From IMG/VR virus record IMGVR_UViG_3300012005_000005: a stretch of 20,000 nucleotides of DNA, one strand, 5' to 3'. Positions 8,012 through 14,701 of the stretch are shown here, one piece after another. The translations under genes were made by a program, and so were the position numbers. The notes beneath the pieces were generated by a model. The model did not search any database. It was not told where the DNA came from and saw only the letters and a program-made list of their open reading frames with translations. Within the stretch, counting starts at the first letter, position 1; the number at the start of each line of letters is the position of its first letter. This DNA comes from an uncultured virus (IMG/VR IMGVR_UViG_3300012005_000005) (lineage: Duplodnaviria > Heunggongvirae > Uroviricota > Caudoviricetes).

Positions 8012-8151
8012 GGGATTGTATAATACAAATGTCCAAAATTTGTATAATAGTGGCGGAGTTTACTACGTGTGACTCTAAAGGAAGATTAAAAAAACAACCG
8101 CAAGTTGAGAGTTATCTATCCGAATGGTGTGTTCGATTCCACCCAATCCTG
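8012..8151 (+). ncRNA. 140-nt tRNA-like RNA (acceptor stem plus T arm, expanded multi-hairpin interior)
   Basis: GGGATTG 8012-8018/CAATCCT 8144-8150, directly preceded by GGTGtG-TTCGATT-CCACC; internal hairpins 8023-8045 and 8048-8065. Confidence 0.65.
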
Positions 8152-8153
8152 CT

Positions 8154-8314
8154 AAATTAAACCTGCTTGAAATTAACAGTAGAATCGTCCTCTTAAAAGG
8201 CTTAATGCAGCTATCCAAATAGCGTTGTTTAATGGAGAGATAAAAAGATGAGAGTATTACTATCCACTGTTTTAGTCAGTTAAGTTATTCCGATGGTAAG
8301 GACAGGTTTAATTT
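8154..8314 (+). ncRNA. Rod-like structured RNA of about 160 nt (possibly 6S-like)
   Basis: Perfect 12-bp closing stem AAATTAAACCTG 8154-8165/CAGGTTTAATTT 8303-8314; inner AACAGT 8175-8180/ACTGTT 8266-8271; apical GCTAT-CCAA-ATAGC. Confidence 0.5.
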
Positions 8315-8427
8315 TTTAAATTCATTTCAGTGGCATAAACAAGTGCAATAATTCCAACGAATTATGAGTTAACGGCGGAGCGGCACAGTCGGCACGAATA
8401 CGCACCACTATTTTTAAATTTTTTCTT

Positions 8428-8727
8428 ATGAAAAGAAAAGTAAGTAGTTTATGGTATAAACTGTTCTCTTATGTAAATGGAGAGCATACTAAATATGAGT
8501 ATGTTAAACATTTTAAAGAACAATCCATTTTAACTGAAATAGAACTTAAACAGTTTAACCTATGGATGAAAAAGGTAGGAGTATCTAAGTTATATACGAC
8601 TTTTGTATCTATAGAAGATCCAAACATTATTTTAGATGTTCCTTCTATTGCTACACAACTAAAAATTGAAAGGATAAAGGAATGCCACAGGCAATATGAA
8701 AAATCTAAAGAATCAAATATGGGGTAG
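8428..8727 (+). CDS. Hypothetical protein (99 aa)
   Basis: ORF track; its TAG lies in the 5' acceptor strand of the tmRNA. Confidence 0.7.
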   Translation: MKRKVSSLWYKLFSYVNGEHTKYEYVKHFKEQSILTEIELKQFNLWMKKVGVSKLYTTFVSIEDPNIILDVPSIATQLKIERIKECHRQYEKSKESNMG

Positions 8728-9112
8728 AAAAGGCAATCGACTGCCAAGAATCAGATTTATAGGCACATAAGCAAAAAGTATGTTATCTGCTTACTCAAGA
8801 ATACATATAAAAATAAATGTAAACGATTTATCGAATACATCGCTGGAAAATGATGTTGACGCTATGTTAACCTCTCTTTTCCCTGTAGAATTGGAAATGG
8901 CTGCATAAGCAATCATAAGATTGTTCTAATTTCTATGGCTCAGTTGTTCGCCATGCCTTAGTTTAATACTTTGGTAAACTTATGACGCTTTTTTGTTAAT
9001 TAGTTGATGCATTAAATAAATTAACTATTGCTAATAAAAATTAGCTAAGATGTGTAAGAAAACTATGCTTTTTTATCTTGGCAAGACCAGGGTTCGACTC
9101 CCTGCTACTCCA
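8721..9112 (+). ncRNA. ssrA: tmRNA (SsrA), phage-encoded
   Basis: Acceptor GGGGTAG/CTACTCC with G3:U70 and discriminator A; T arm CAGGG-TTCGACT-CCCTG; P2 TGCCAAGA 8742-8749/TCTTGGCA 9076-9083; internal tag frame 8819-8908 after AAATAAAT reads VNDLSNTSLENDVDAMLTSLFPVELEMAA*. Confidence 0.95.
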
Positions 9113-9159
9113 CTACTCCACATTAAATGTGGTTATGTCCATACAATCATAATAATAAA

Positions 9160-9690
9160 ATGAAGACAAACACATTAAACAGAAAAGCAATTGAACACCT
9201 TCAAATTATTGGTTATAAATTAACTGACTCTGTAGAAAAAATAATTGATTCACCTTTTTTATTATTTACAGAAAATGAAATAAAGACTTGCTACTCTGCA
9301 AAGGAATTTAATAATTATGCAGGCAAATTAAAAACACAAGAGCAGCTTTTAAAACTTCGTCCAAAAAATGAGGTAAAAGAATTTTCTAACTTATCAAAAA
9401 GGGAACAAGAGTTTTATAAGTTACTTAACTTATTGAATAATGCAAAAAATAATAAAATAGCTGGTTATGATGTTTCTTGGACTATTCAAAAGAAAAGGTA
9501 TGCGGATTATCGTTGGGAAATTTTACCAATAAGCCCTTTCGCCTGTGGTTCCATTTCAATGGAACACTTAGGAATAGTTTTAAATTTTGCAAAAGAACAC
9601 CAGTGGCACAATATTTCAATTTCTTATACAAATTGGTCACAGGAAAAAGAAAGGTATGGAACTTACACACCCTGTATAATTATTTCTTAA
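9160..9690 (+). CDS. Hypothetical protein
   Basis: Track ORF 9127-9690; ATG at 9160 follows an A-rich leader. Confidence 0.75.
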   Translation: MKTNTLNRKAIEHLQIIGYKLTDSVEKIIDSPFLLFTENEIKTCYSAKEFNNYAGKLKTQEQLLKLRPKNEVKEFSNLSKREQEFYKLLNLLNNAKNNKIAGYDVSWTIQKKRYADYRWEILPISPFACGSISMEHLGIVLNFAKEHQWHNISISYTNWSQEKERYGTYTPCIIIS

Positions 9691-9709
9691 ATTAAAAAAA
9701 ACAAAACAT

Positions 9710-10000
9710 ATGAGCCTCTTATCTAAAATTTTCAGAAAAAGAAAAAAAGAAGTACTTCCTGCTAATCCTAAAGACGATGCAAAAGCAGCAAAAGTGTTTG
9801 ATGTTGAAGAAACTAATGTTCCTCTCCTTGCGCATGAAATTAAAAATTTGCGGAAAGGAGTAACACCTAATAAGCATTTTAGCAAGAGGCCAAGTTGGAA
9901 CAGTCAGCAATCTAAATGGATTGCCCGCACTAAATACAACGAACCTAAAGCTATTACAGCTAAACAAAGAAGGGAATCCATCACATTAAAAAACGCTTAG
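9710..10000 (+). CDS. Basic hypothetical protein (96 aa)
   Basis: ORF track. Confidence 0.7.
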   Translation: MSLLSKIFRKRKKEVLPANPKDDAKAAKVFDVEETNVPLLAHEIKNLRKGVTPNKHFSKRPSWNSQQSKWIARTKYNEPKAITAKQRRESITLKNA

Positions 10001-10009
10001 TAAAATAAA

Positions 10010-10041
10010 TTTGGTGAAATGAATAATTCTTTGTAGCTTTG
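10010..10041 (+). promoter_or_regulatory. Bacteroidota primary-sigma promoter (-33 TTTG / -7 TAnnTTTG)
   Basis: TTTG 10010-10013, 20-nt spacer, TAGCTTTG 10034-10041; ATG at 10046. Confidence 0.7.
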
Positions 10042-10045
10042 AATT

Positions 10046-10447
10046 ATGAAATTTTGCCCAAACCATAAAGGGCTTCAAATAAGGGTTTTTTCAAAAGGGT
10101 TATGTGCAGCGTGTTACAAAATAAAATATTCAAAGCCGCTTAAAAGAACTCCCCTAAAGAAAAAGCCCTTTTTTATTAAACCTATTGCCGACAAAAGAAA
10201 AAAGCAATTAAAGCTATATTCTTCTCTAAGAAAACAATTTCTTACAGATCATCCACTTTGTCAAATAAAAGGGCTACATTGTCAGATAATAGCCACAGAA
10301 TTACACCATTCAGGTGGTAGAGAGAATGAATTGTTATTAGAAGTTTCTAAATTTAAAGCAGCTTGTCACAATTGTCATACAGAAACTACAGATAATTCTA
10401 AAAAAGCTATTGAGGAAGGTCATTCTATTTCACGAATTAAAAAATAA
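10046..10447 (+). CDS. HNH-type zinc-binding nuclease (Ref/NinG-like)
   Basis: HPLCQI...C...ATELHH...R...ACHNCH pattern; N-terminal CPNH...CAAC and a basic linker. Confidence 0.7.
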   Translation: MKFCPNHKGLQIRVFSKGLCAACYKIKYSKPLKRTPLKKKPFFIKPIADKRKKQLKLYSSLRKQFLTDHPLCQIKGLHCQIIATELHHSGGRENELLLEVSKFKAACHNCHTETTDNSKKAIEEGHSISRIKK

Positions 10448-10451
10448 TTTT

Positions 10452-10610
10452 ATGTTACTACTATTAGGTTTGCTTAGTGTAATAATTTGGGATAGATATA
10501 GACCAACTTTTTTTATTACAGATGAGGGTGATTTACTTATGTTTTTTTGGAGATATAAAAAACTTCAAAAACAACGTACTTTTATAATTCTATTTAAACT
10601 CATGGAATAA
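10452..10610 (+). CDS. Small hypothetical protein with hydrophobic N-terminus
   Basis: ATG at 10452 within track ORF 10410-10610; TAATG coupling to the next gene. Confidence 0.6.
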   Translation: MLLLLGLLSVIIWDRYRPTFFITDEGDLLMFFWRYKKLQKQRTFIILFKLME

Positions 10611-11080
10611 TGGCAATATATTTTAAAGGAGGAGAATCAGCAAAAACTTTAGAAGAGTTATTCTGTTTAGGCTTTACCTTTAGGAGTCATTTTGATTATT
10701 TTGGAGATATTAAAAAGTTTGTTCCAACATTTCTTGATGCAGAGTGCACTATTCCACAAGATTTTGGTTCACGTAGGAGTTTCTATGATCTATTAAAAAT
10801 AGCTAAAACATATTTTCCTAAAACAACAGAAGAAGGTATTGCTTATTTTCTTTTTTATAAATTAGAAAATATGTTTGCAAGATACTGTCCTGATATAGAC
10901 AGGGTGGTTTTCTATGTAAGAAAAAACCCTTTTACTAATTGGTGTAATGATTCTATAGAATTTGTTCCTGAAGATACAGAAGATCCTACAGGAATTTCTT
11001 TTTCTAAAGTAAAAAAATTAGCGGAGAATGTACAAAATAGACGTGAAAGCTCATGTAGACCGAGAAGGCATTCATTTTGA
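10610..11080 (+). CDS. Hypothetical protein (156 aa)
   Basis: ORF track. Confidence 0.8.
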   Translation: MAIYFKGGESAKTLEELFCLGFTFRSHFDYFGDIKKFVPTFLDAECTIPQDFGSRRSFYDLLKIAKTYFPKTTEEGIAYFLFYKLENMFARYCPDIDRVVFYVRKNPFTNWCNDSIEFVPEDTEDPTGISFSKVKKLAENVQNRRESSCRPRRHSF

Positions 11081-11360
11081 TAATGAAAATCTAATATCAA
11101 AATTAGAGTGGGGAAATTATGTTGCCACTTTAGTAAAGGAACGTGAATTAAAAACTATTGATGAATATAGAGCTGAATATTTTGCTAAAAGAGATATATT
11201 AGCAAATGATACAGGCAATTCTAAAAAAGATGTACATGAGGAAGCAAAGAAAAGATTTTTAGACGGTTCTTCCACTACTTCTTTATCATTAGAAGAATGG
11301 GTAGAATTTATTAATAAGTTTAAAGAATGGAGTTTTGAATATTTTAATTGTTATTTATGA
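11028..11360 (+). CDS. NinB/Orf-like recombination protein
   Basis: YF...LANDTGNSKKDVHEEAKKRFL...STTSLSLEEWVEFINK pattern typical of NinB-like proteins. Confidence 0.6.
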   Translation: MYKIDVKAHVDREGIHFDNENLISKLEWGNYVATLVKERELKTIDEYRAEYFAKRDILANDTGNSKKDVHEEAKKRFLDGSSTTSLSLEEWVEFINKFKEWSFEYFNCYL

Positions 11361-11545
11361 ATACATACGAAAACCAATTGCCCTTTATGAGTTTAGAAAA
11401 GGTGCTGTTGCTTAGAAAAGCAACTAAATTGATGCGAAAAAACGCATACTCTGCATCAGGTAGAACATATTCAGAGAAGTGTCTTAGTCTTATAGATAAA
11501 AGACTAATGGAACTTGTGCATGCTGCAATGAGTTCAGCAGAATAA
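11357..11545 (+). CDS. Hypothetical protein
   Basis: ATGA overlap with the upstream stop. Confidence 0.65.
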   Translation: MNTYENQLPFMSLEKVLLLRKATKLMRKNAYSASGRTYSEKCLSLIDKRLMELVHAAMSSAE

Positions 11546-11566
11546 TAGGATAATTAAAACTAAACA

Positions 11567-11932
11567 ATGAAAAAAATCTTTGGGGTATATGGTACTCTTC
11601 GCAGAGGCTATGGAAATAACAGGTGTTTAGGAGATGCTAAGTTCTTAGGAGAATTTAAAACAGAACCAAACTACACCCTCTTTGATGGGGGGTTTCCGGT
11701 GTGTGAAAGAGGTGGAAATACCTCTATTCATATAGAACTATTTGAAACAGATAACCCTGAAATAATTTCTGATGTTAACTCATTAGAAGGCTGTACAGGA
11801 ATAAAAGGCCATCCAGCTAATTGGTATGACGTGGACTATATAAACAGTCCCTACGGAATAGCAACCATATTTGTTATGAACAAAGGAACAAGTGGCAGAA
11901 ACAAAATTTTAGAAACTGGTAAATGGAACTAA
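11567..11932 (+). CDS. Gamma-glutamylcyclotransferase (GGCT/AIG2-like)
   Basis: N-terminal VYGTLRRG..N motif and LEG carrying the catalytic Glu. Confidence 0.9.
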   Translation: MKKIFGVYGTLRRGYGNNRCLGDAKFLGEFKTEPNYTLFDGGFPVCERGGNTSIHIELFETDNPEIISDVNSLEGCTGIKGHPANWYDVDYINSPYGIATIFVMNKGTSGRNKILETGKWN

Positions 11933-11933
11933 A

Positions 11934-12158
11934 ATGACTATAAAAATAACTAAAAGAAAACTGGGAATTGGTTTGTGGGTACTCCTAATCTTAGGGTTTT
12001 TATTCTTTATTACTTATCCGTTTTATGTTAAGTTTGGATGGGGTTTCCTTATTATTCCAGGAAGTGTTATTTGTTTTGCTCTTTTATGTTTGTTAGCAGA
12101 CTATTTAACAAGCTCAGTGGGTCCTTATGGAACAGATAATTGGCATGACTATGAGTAA
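11934..12158 (+). CDS. Two-TM membrane protein (74 aa)
   Basis: Two hydrophobic segments. Confidence 0.7.
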   Translation: MTIKITKRKLGIGLWVLLILGFLFFITYPFYVKFGWGFLIIPGSVICFALLCLLADYLTSSVGPYGTDNWHDYE

Positions 12159-13146
12159 AATATATTACAAAGCATCTGAATTTTACGATGATATTAAAAT
12201 TCTAAGGGAAGAAGGTGTACACAGGGGTATAAACGTAGGCTTCTCAACATTAGATGATTTCTATAATAAGAAATTAGGGCGTTGTACATATATCTATTCT
12301 GCTCCTTTTTCAGGTAAGAGTCAATTTGCTTTTGAGCTTTCTATCAATTCTGCTTCTGCTTATAATTGGATTACTGCTGTATACTCACCTGAGAGTGGAA
12401 CCAAAGAGGAGATAGTTGCAAAGCTTGTGTTTATGATAACAGGAAAACAGTTATATGCTAAACACAAAAATTCAATAGATGAAGAACTGTTGAAAAGTGC
12501 CATGTCTTTTATAAATGATCACTTTATATTTATTGACCCAGATAATCCTCATGTAGATGATATATATGAAAATGCAATGCTTACACTTTTAGATTTTTAC
12601 AGATGTGTTAAGCAAGCAGAGTCATATTATGGTATCTCTATTCAAGAAACATTAATTGATCCTTTTAATGAACTTGCTCATGATTTTTCTAAAGATGAAG
12701 GTAGACAAGATCTTTACATAGAAAGAATGTTAGGGATTGCTCGTAGAGATGCTAAAATAAATCTTAGACATAACACTATAGTAACACACGTAGTAGACCA
12801 ACAAATAGAACGCAAAGGAGATATAAGATATTATCCTCCTGCCATGCCAAGAGAATTAGCAGGTGGACAAGCATGGTATCGTAAAGGAGATATGATGGCA
12901 TCATTATGGAGACCTCCATTTGGTTTAAAAGATGCAGAAGGCAGAGATTGGGAAGAAAATGAAATGCACGTTATAATTCAAAAAGTAAAGCCTGAATATT
13001 GTGGTAAAAGAGGAACTGTACCTCTTTTCTTTGATGTAGATACAGGCAGATACTATGAAAAGATAAATGGAAAAAACTATTATGCTTTTCAATATCAAAA
13101 ACATATAGGTGCATTAGAAAAACAACATCAAATTTTAATAAAATAA
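12151..13146 (+). CDS. SF4 (DnaB/T7 gp4-like) replicative DNA helicase without a primase domain
   Basis: GFSTLD, Walker A APFSGKS, YSPE, Walker B LIDPFNEL, H, IQKVK...G motifs; start at 12151 overlaps the upstream stop. Confidence 0.9.
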   Translation: MSKIYYKASEFYDDIKILREEGVHRGINVGFSTLDDFYNKKLGRCTYIYSAPFSGKSQFAFELSINSASAYNWITAVYSPESGTKEEIVAKLVFMITGKQLYAKHKNSIDEELLKSAMSFINDHFIFIDPDNPHVDDIYENAMLTLLDFYRCVKQAESYYGISIQETLIDPFNELAHDFSKDEGRQDLYIERMLGIARRDAKINLRHNTIVTHVVDQQIERKGDIRYYPPAMPRELAGGQAWYRKGDMMASLWRPPFGLKDAEGRDWEENEMHVIIQKVKPEYCGKRGTVPLFFDVDTGRYYEKINGKNYYAFQYQKHIGALEKQHQILIK

Positions 13147-13182
13147 CTGCCTTCAAAGGTTGTTAGTTTGGCTACTAAATAT

Positions 13183-13210
13183 AAGCCCTGTCTTTACAGG
13201 GCTTTTTTAT
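13183..13210 (+). terminator. Rho-independent terminator
   Basis: AAGCCCTG-TCTTTA-CAGGGCTT followed by a T run. Confidence 0.85.
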
Positions 13211-13339
13211 TTGGAATAGCTGATAGCGGGTGCGAGTTACATGGCTGCGGTAGCTGTCCAAAGGCATAAATCCAAATCAACCTCCCGAAGGTCGGAAGAT
13301 ACTCAAGAGCAATATCGGGCAAGGTAACTTATTCCAAAT
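13209..13339 (+). ncRNA. Candidate multi-stem structured RNA of about 130 nt
   Basis: ATTTGGAATA 13209-13218/TATTCCAAAT 13330-13339; AGTTAC 13235-13240/GTAACT 13324-13329; inner hairpins; GC-richer than its flanks. Confidence 0.6.
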
Positions 13340-13356
13340 TTTTTAAATAAACTCTT

Positions 13357-13596
13357 ATGGATTATAAACTAAAGAAGATAGCTAAAATAGGAGACAGTAT
13401 GATGTTAGAGTTAGGTATAGTGGAGCCTAATATTGTAAGAGATTGGTATACAAAAGATTTTGTTTATATAGAAACTTCTATTTTAGTATATAGAAGAAGA
13501 ATAAATGATGAGGCACAAAAGAAAAGTGAAGAAGTTGAAAAGATTAATGATGTTAAAAATCGTAGCCAGTTATCAAACGTTGTACCTTTAATTTAA
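13357..13596 (+). CDS. Hypothetical protein (79 aa)
   Basis: ORF track. Confidence 0.7.
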   Translation: MDYKLKKIAKIGDSMMLELGIVEPNIVRDWYTKDFVYIETSILVYRRRINDEAQKKSEEVEKINDVKNRSQLSNVVPLI

Positions 13597-13606
13597 AATC
13601 AAGCAA

Positions 13607-14323
13607 ATGAAACTACGCTCAATGATAGGAGATGATTGGTTTATTTTTTTCCAATCATTTTTAACATCAGGATTCTTTAAAACATTAGAAGCAGGTCTTT
13701 TAGAAGAAATTAAAAAAGAAAATTCTGTTTTAGTTCCTTCACTGTCTTATGTGTTTGAACCATTTAAAAGCTGTTCTTTAAAAGATTTAAAAGTAGTTAT
13801 ACTTAATGATATGCCTTTTAAAGATTTAAAAGCAAATGATGGGCTTGCTTTTTCTATTCTTCCTACTGTAGGCTTAATGAGTTCACCATTAGAAGGTATG
13901 GTGTTTTGGGAAGGTATAGAATTAGATATGTATGATGGTTTTCATATTCAAAAAGACTATGACCATCATAAATTAGCAGGACAAGGGGTTTTATTATTAA
14001 ACTGTTCACCCACACTATCTTATATAGATAACAAAACAGATAAACCTTATTGGGAAACTCATTATGATTTATGGAAACACTTCATAAAATATGTTATTCA
14101 CACTATCAGTAAAAACTGTACAGGTGTAATATTTGTCACTGTAGGTATTAAACCAAGAGAGTATATAAGCTCTATTATAAAATCTGATAACTATTTGCTA
14201 TCTGTAACACATCCGAGAAACTTTGTTCATTCAAGAGATACATGGGATTGTGCAGGAGCATTTTCCACAATAAATAAAATACTAAAAGCAAATAATAATT
14301 TAGAAATCACTTGGTTAAATTAA
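13607..14323 (+). CDS. Uracil-DNA glycosylase family-1-like protein with divergent active-site motifs
   Basis: LKVVIL, ANDGLAFS, QGVLLLN, H..W..F and HP motifs in UNG order; GQDPY is replaced by NDMPF. Confidence 0.8.
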   Translation: MKLRSMIGDDWFIFFQSFLTSGFFKTLEAGLLEEIKKENSVLVPSLSYVFEPFKSCSLKDLKVVILNDMPFKDLKANDGLAFSILPTVGLMSSPLEGMVFWEGIELDMYDGFHIQKDYDHHKLAGQGVLLLNCSPTLSYIDNKTDKPYWETHYDLWKHFIKYVIHTISKNCTGVIFVTVGIKPREYISSIIKSDNYLLSVTHPRNFVHSRDTWDCAGAFSTINKILKANNNLEITWLN

Positions 14324-14329
14324 AAAATT

Positions 14330-14680
14330 ATGGCAGAAATTACAGGTACACAATGCTGCGCTCTATTCCAAATAAGCGACATAGGTAATGATTCTACATT
14401 AAGAGAGATTGAAAACGCAATTTATGATATTATAGATGATGATGATAATCATGGAAGAGCAGCTTTTGTGATAACAATGAAAGAAGAAACTAATTTAGTA
14501 AAAAACCTAAAAACATTAGGCTTTAAGAAAATCACTACCTTTCAAAGAAAGTATATGTATGCCCAAACAGGTCTTACAATGTGGCTCAAAAAACTTAATT
14601 ACAGAAAAGAATATGACCAATACGTAAAAGATCAAGAAGAGGATGATGAAGGCTGCTATCTTGCAAACGATGACTATTAA
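14330..14680 (+). CDS. Hypothetical protein, possibly a minimal GNAT-like fold, with an acidic tail
   Basis: TQCCAL near the N-terminus; LKTLGFKKI...LTMWLK resembles the GNAT C-terminal motif (weak). Confidence 0.6.
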   Translation: MAEITGTQCCALFQISDIGNDSTLREIENAIYDIIDDDDNHGRAAFVITMKEETNLVKNLKTLGFKKITTFQRKYMYAQTGLTMWLKKLNYRKEYDQYVKDQEEDDEGCYLANDDY

Positions 14681-14701
14681 TAACAAAAACAAATAATATA
14701 T

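Noticed and set aside
13276..13330. HDV-like (theta) ribozyme suggested by ACC-TCCCGAA-GGT
   Set aside because: The required P1 and P2 helices could not be built in the correct order.
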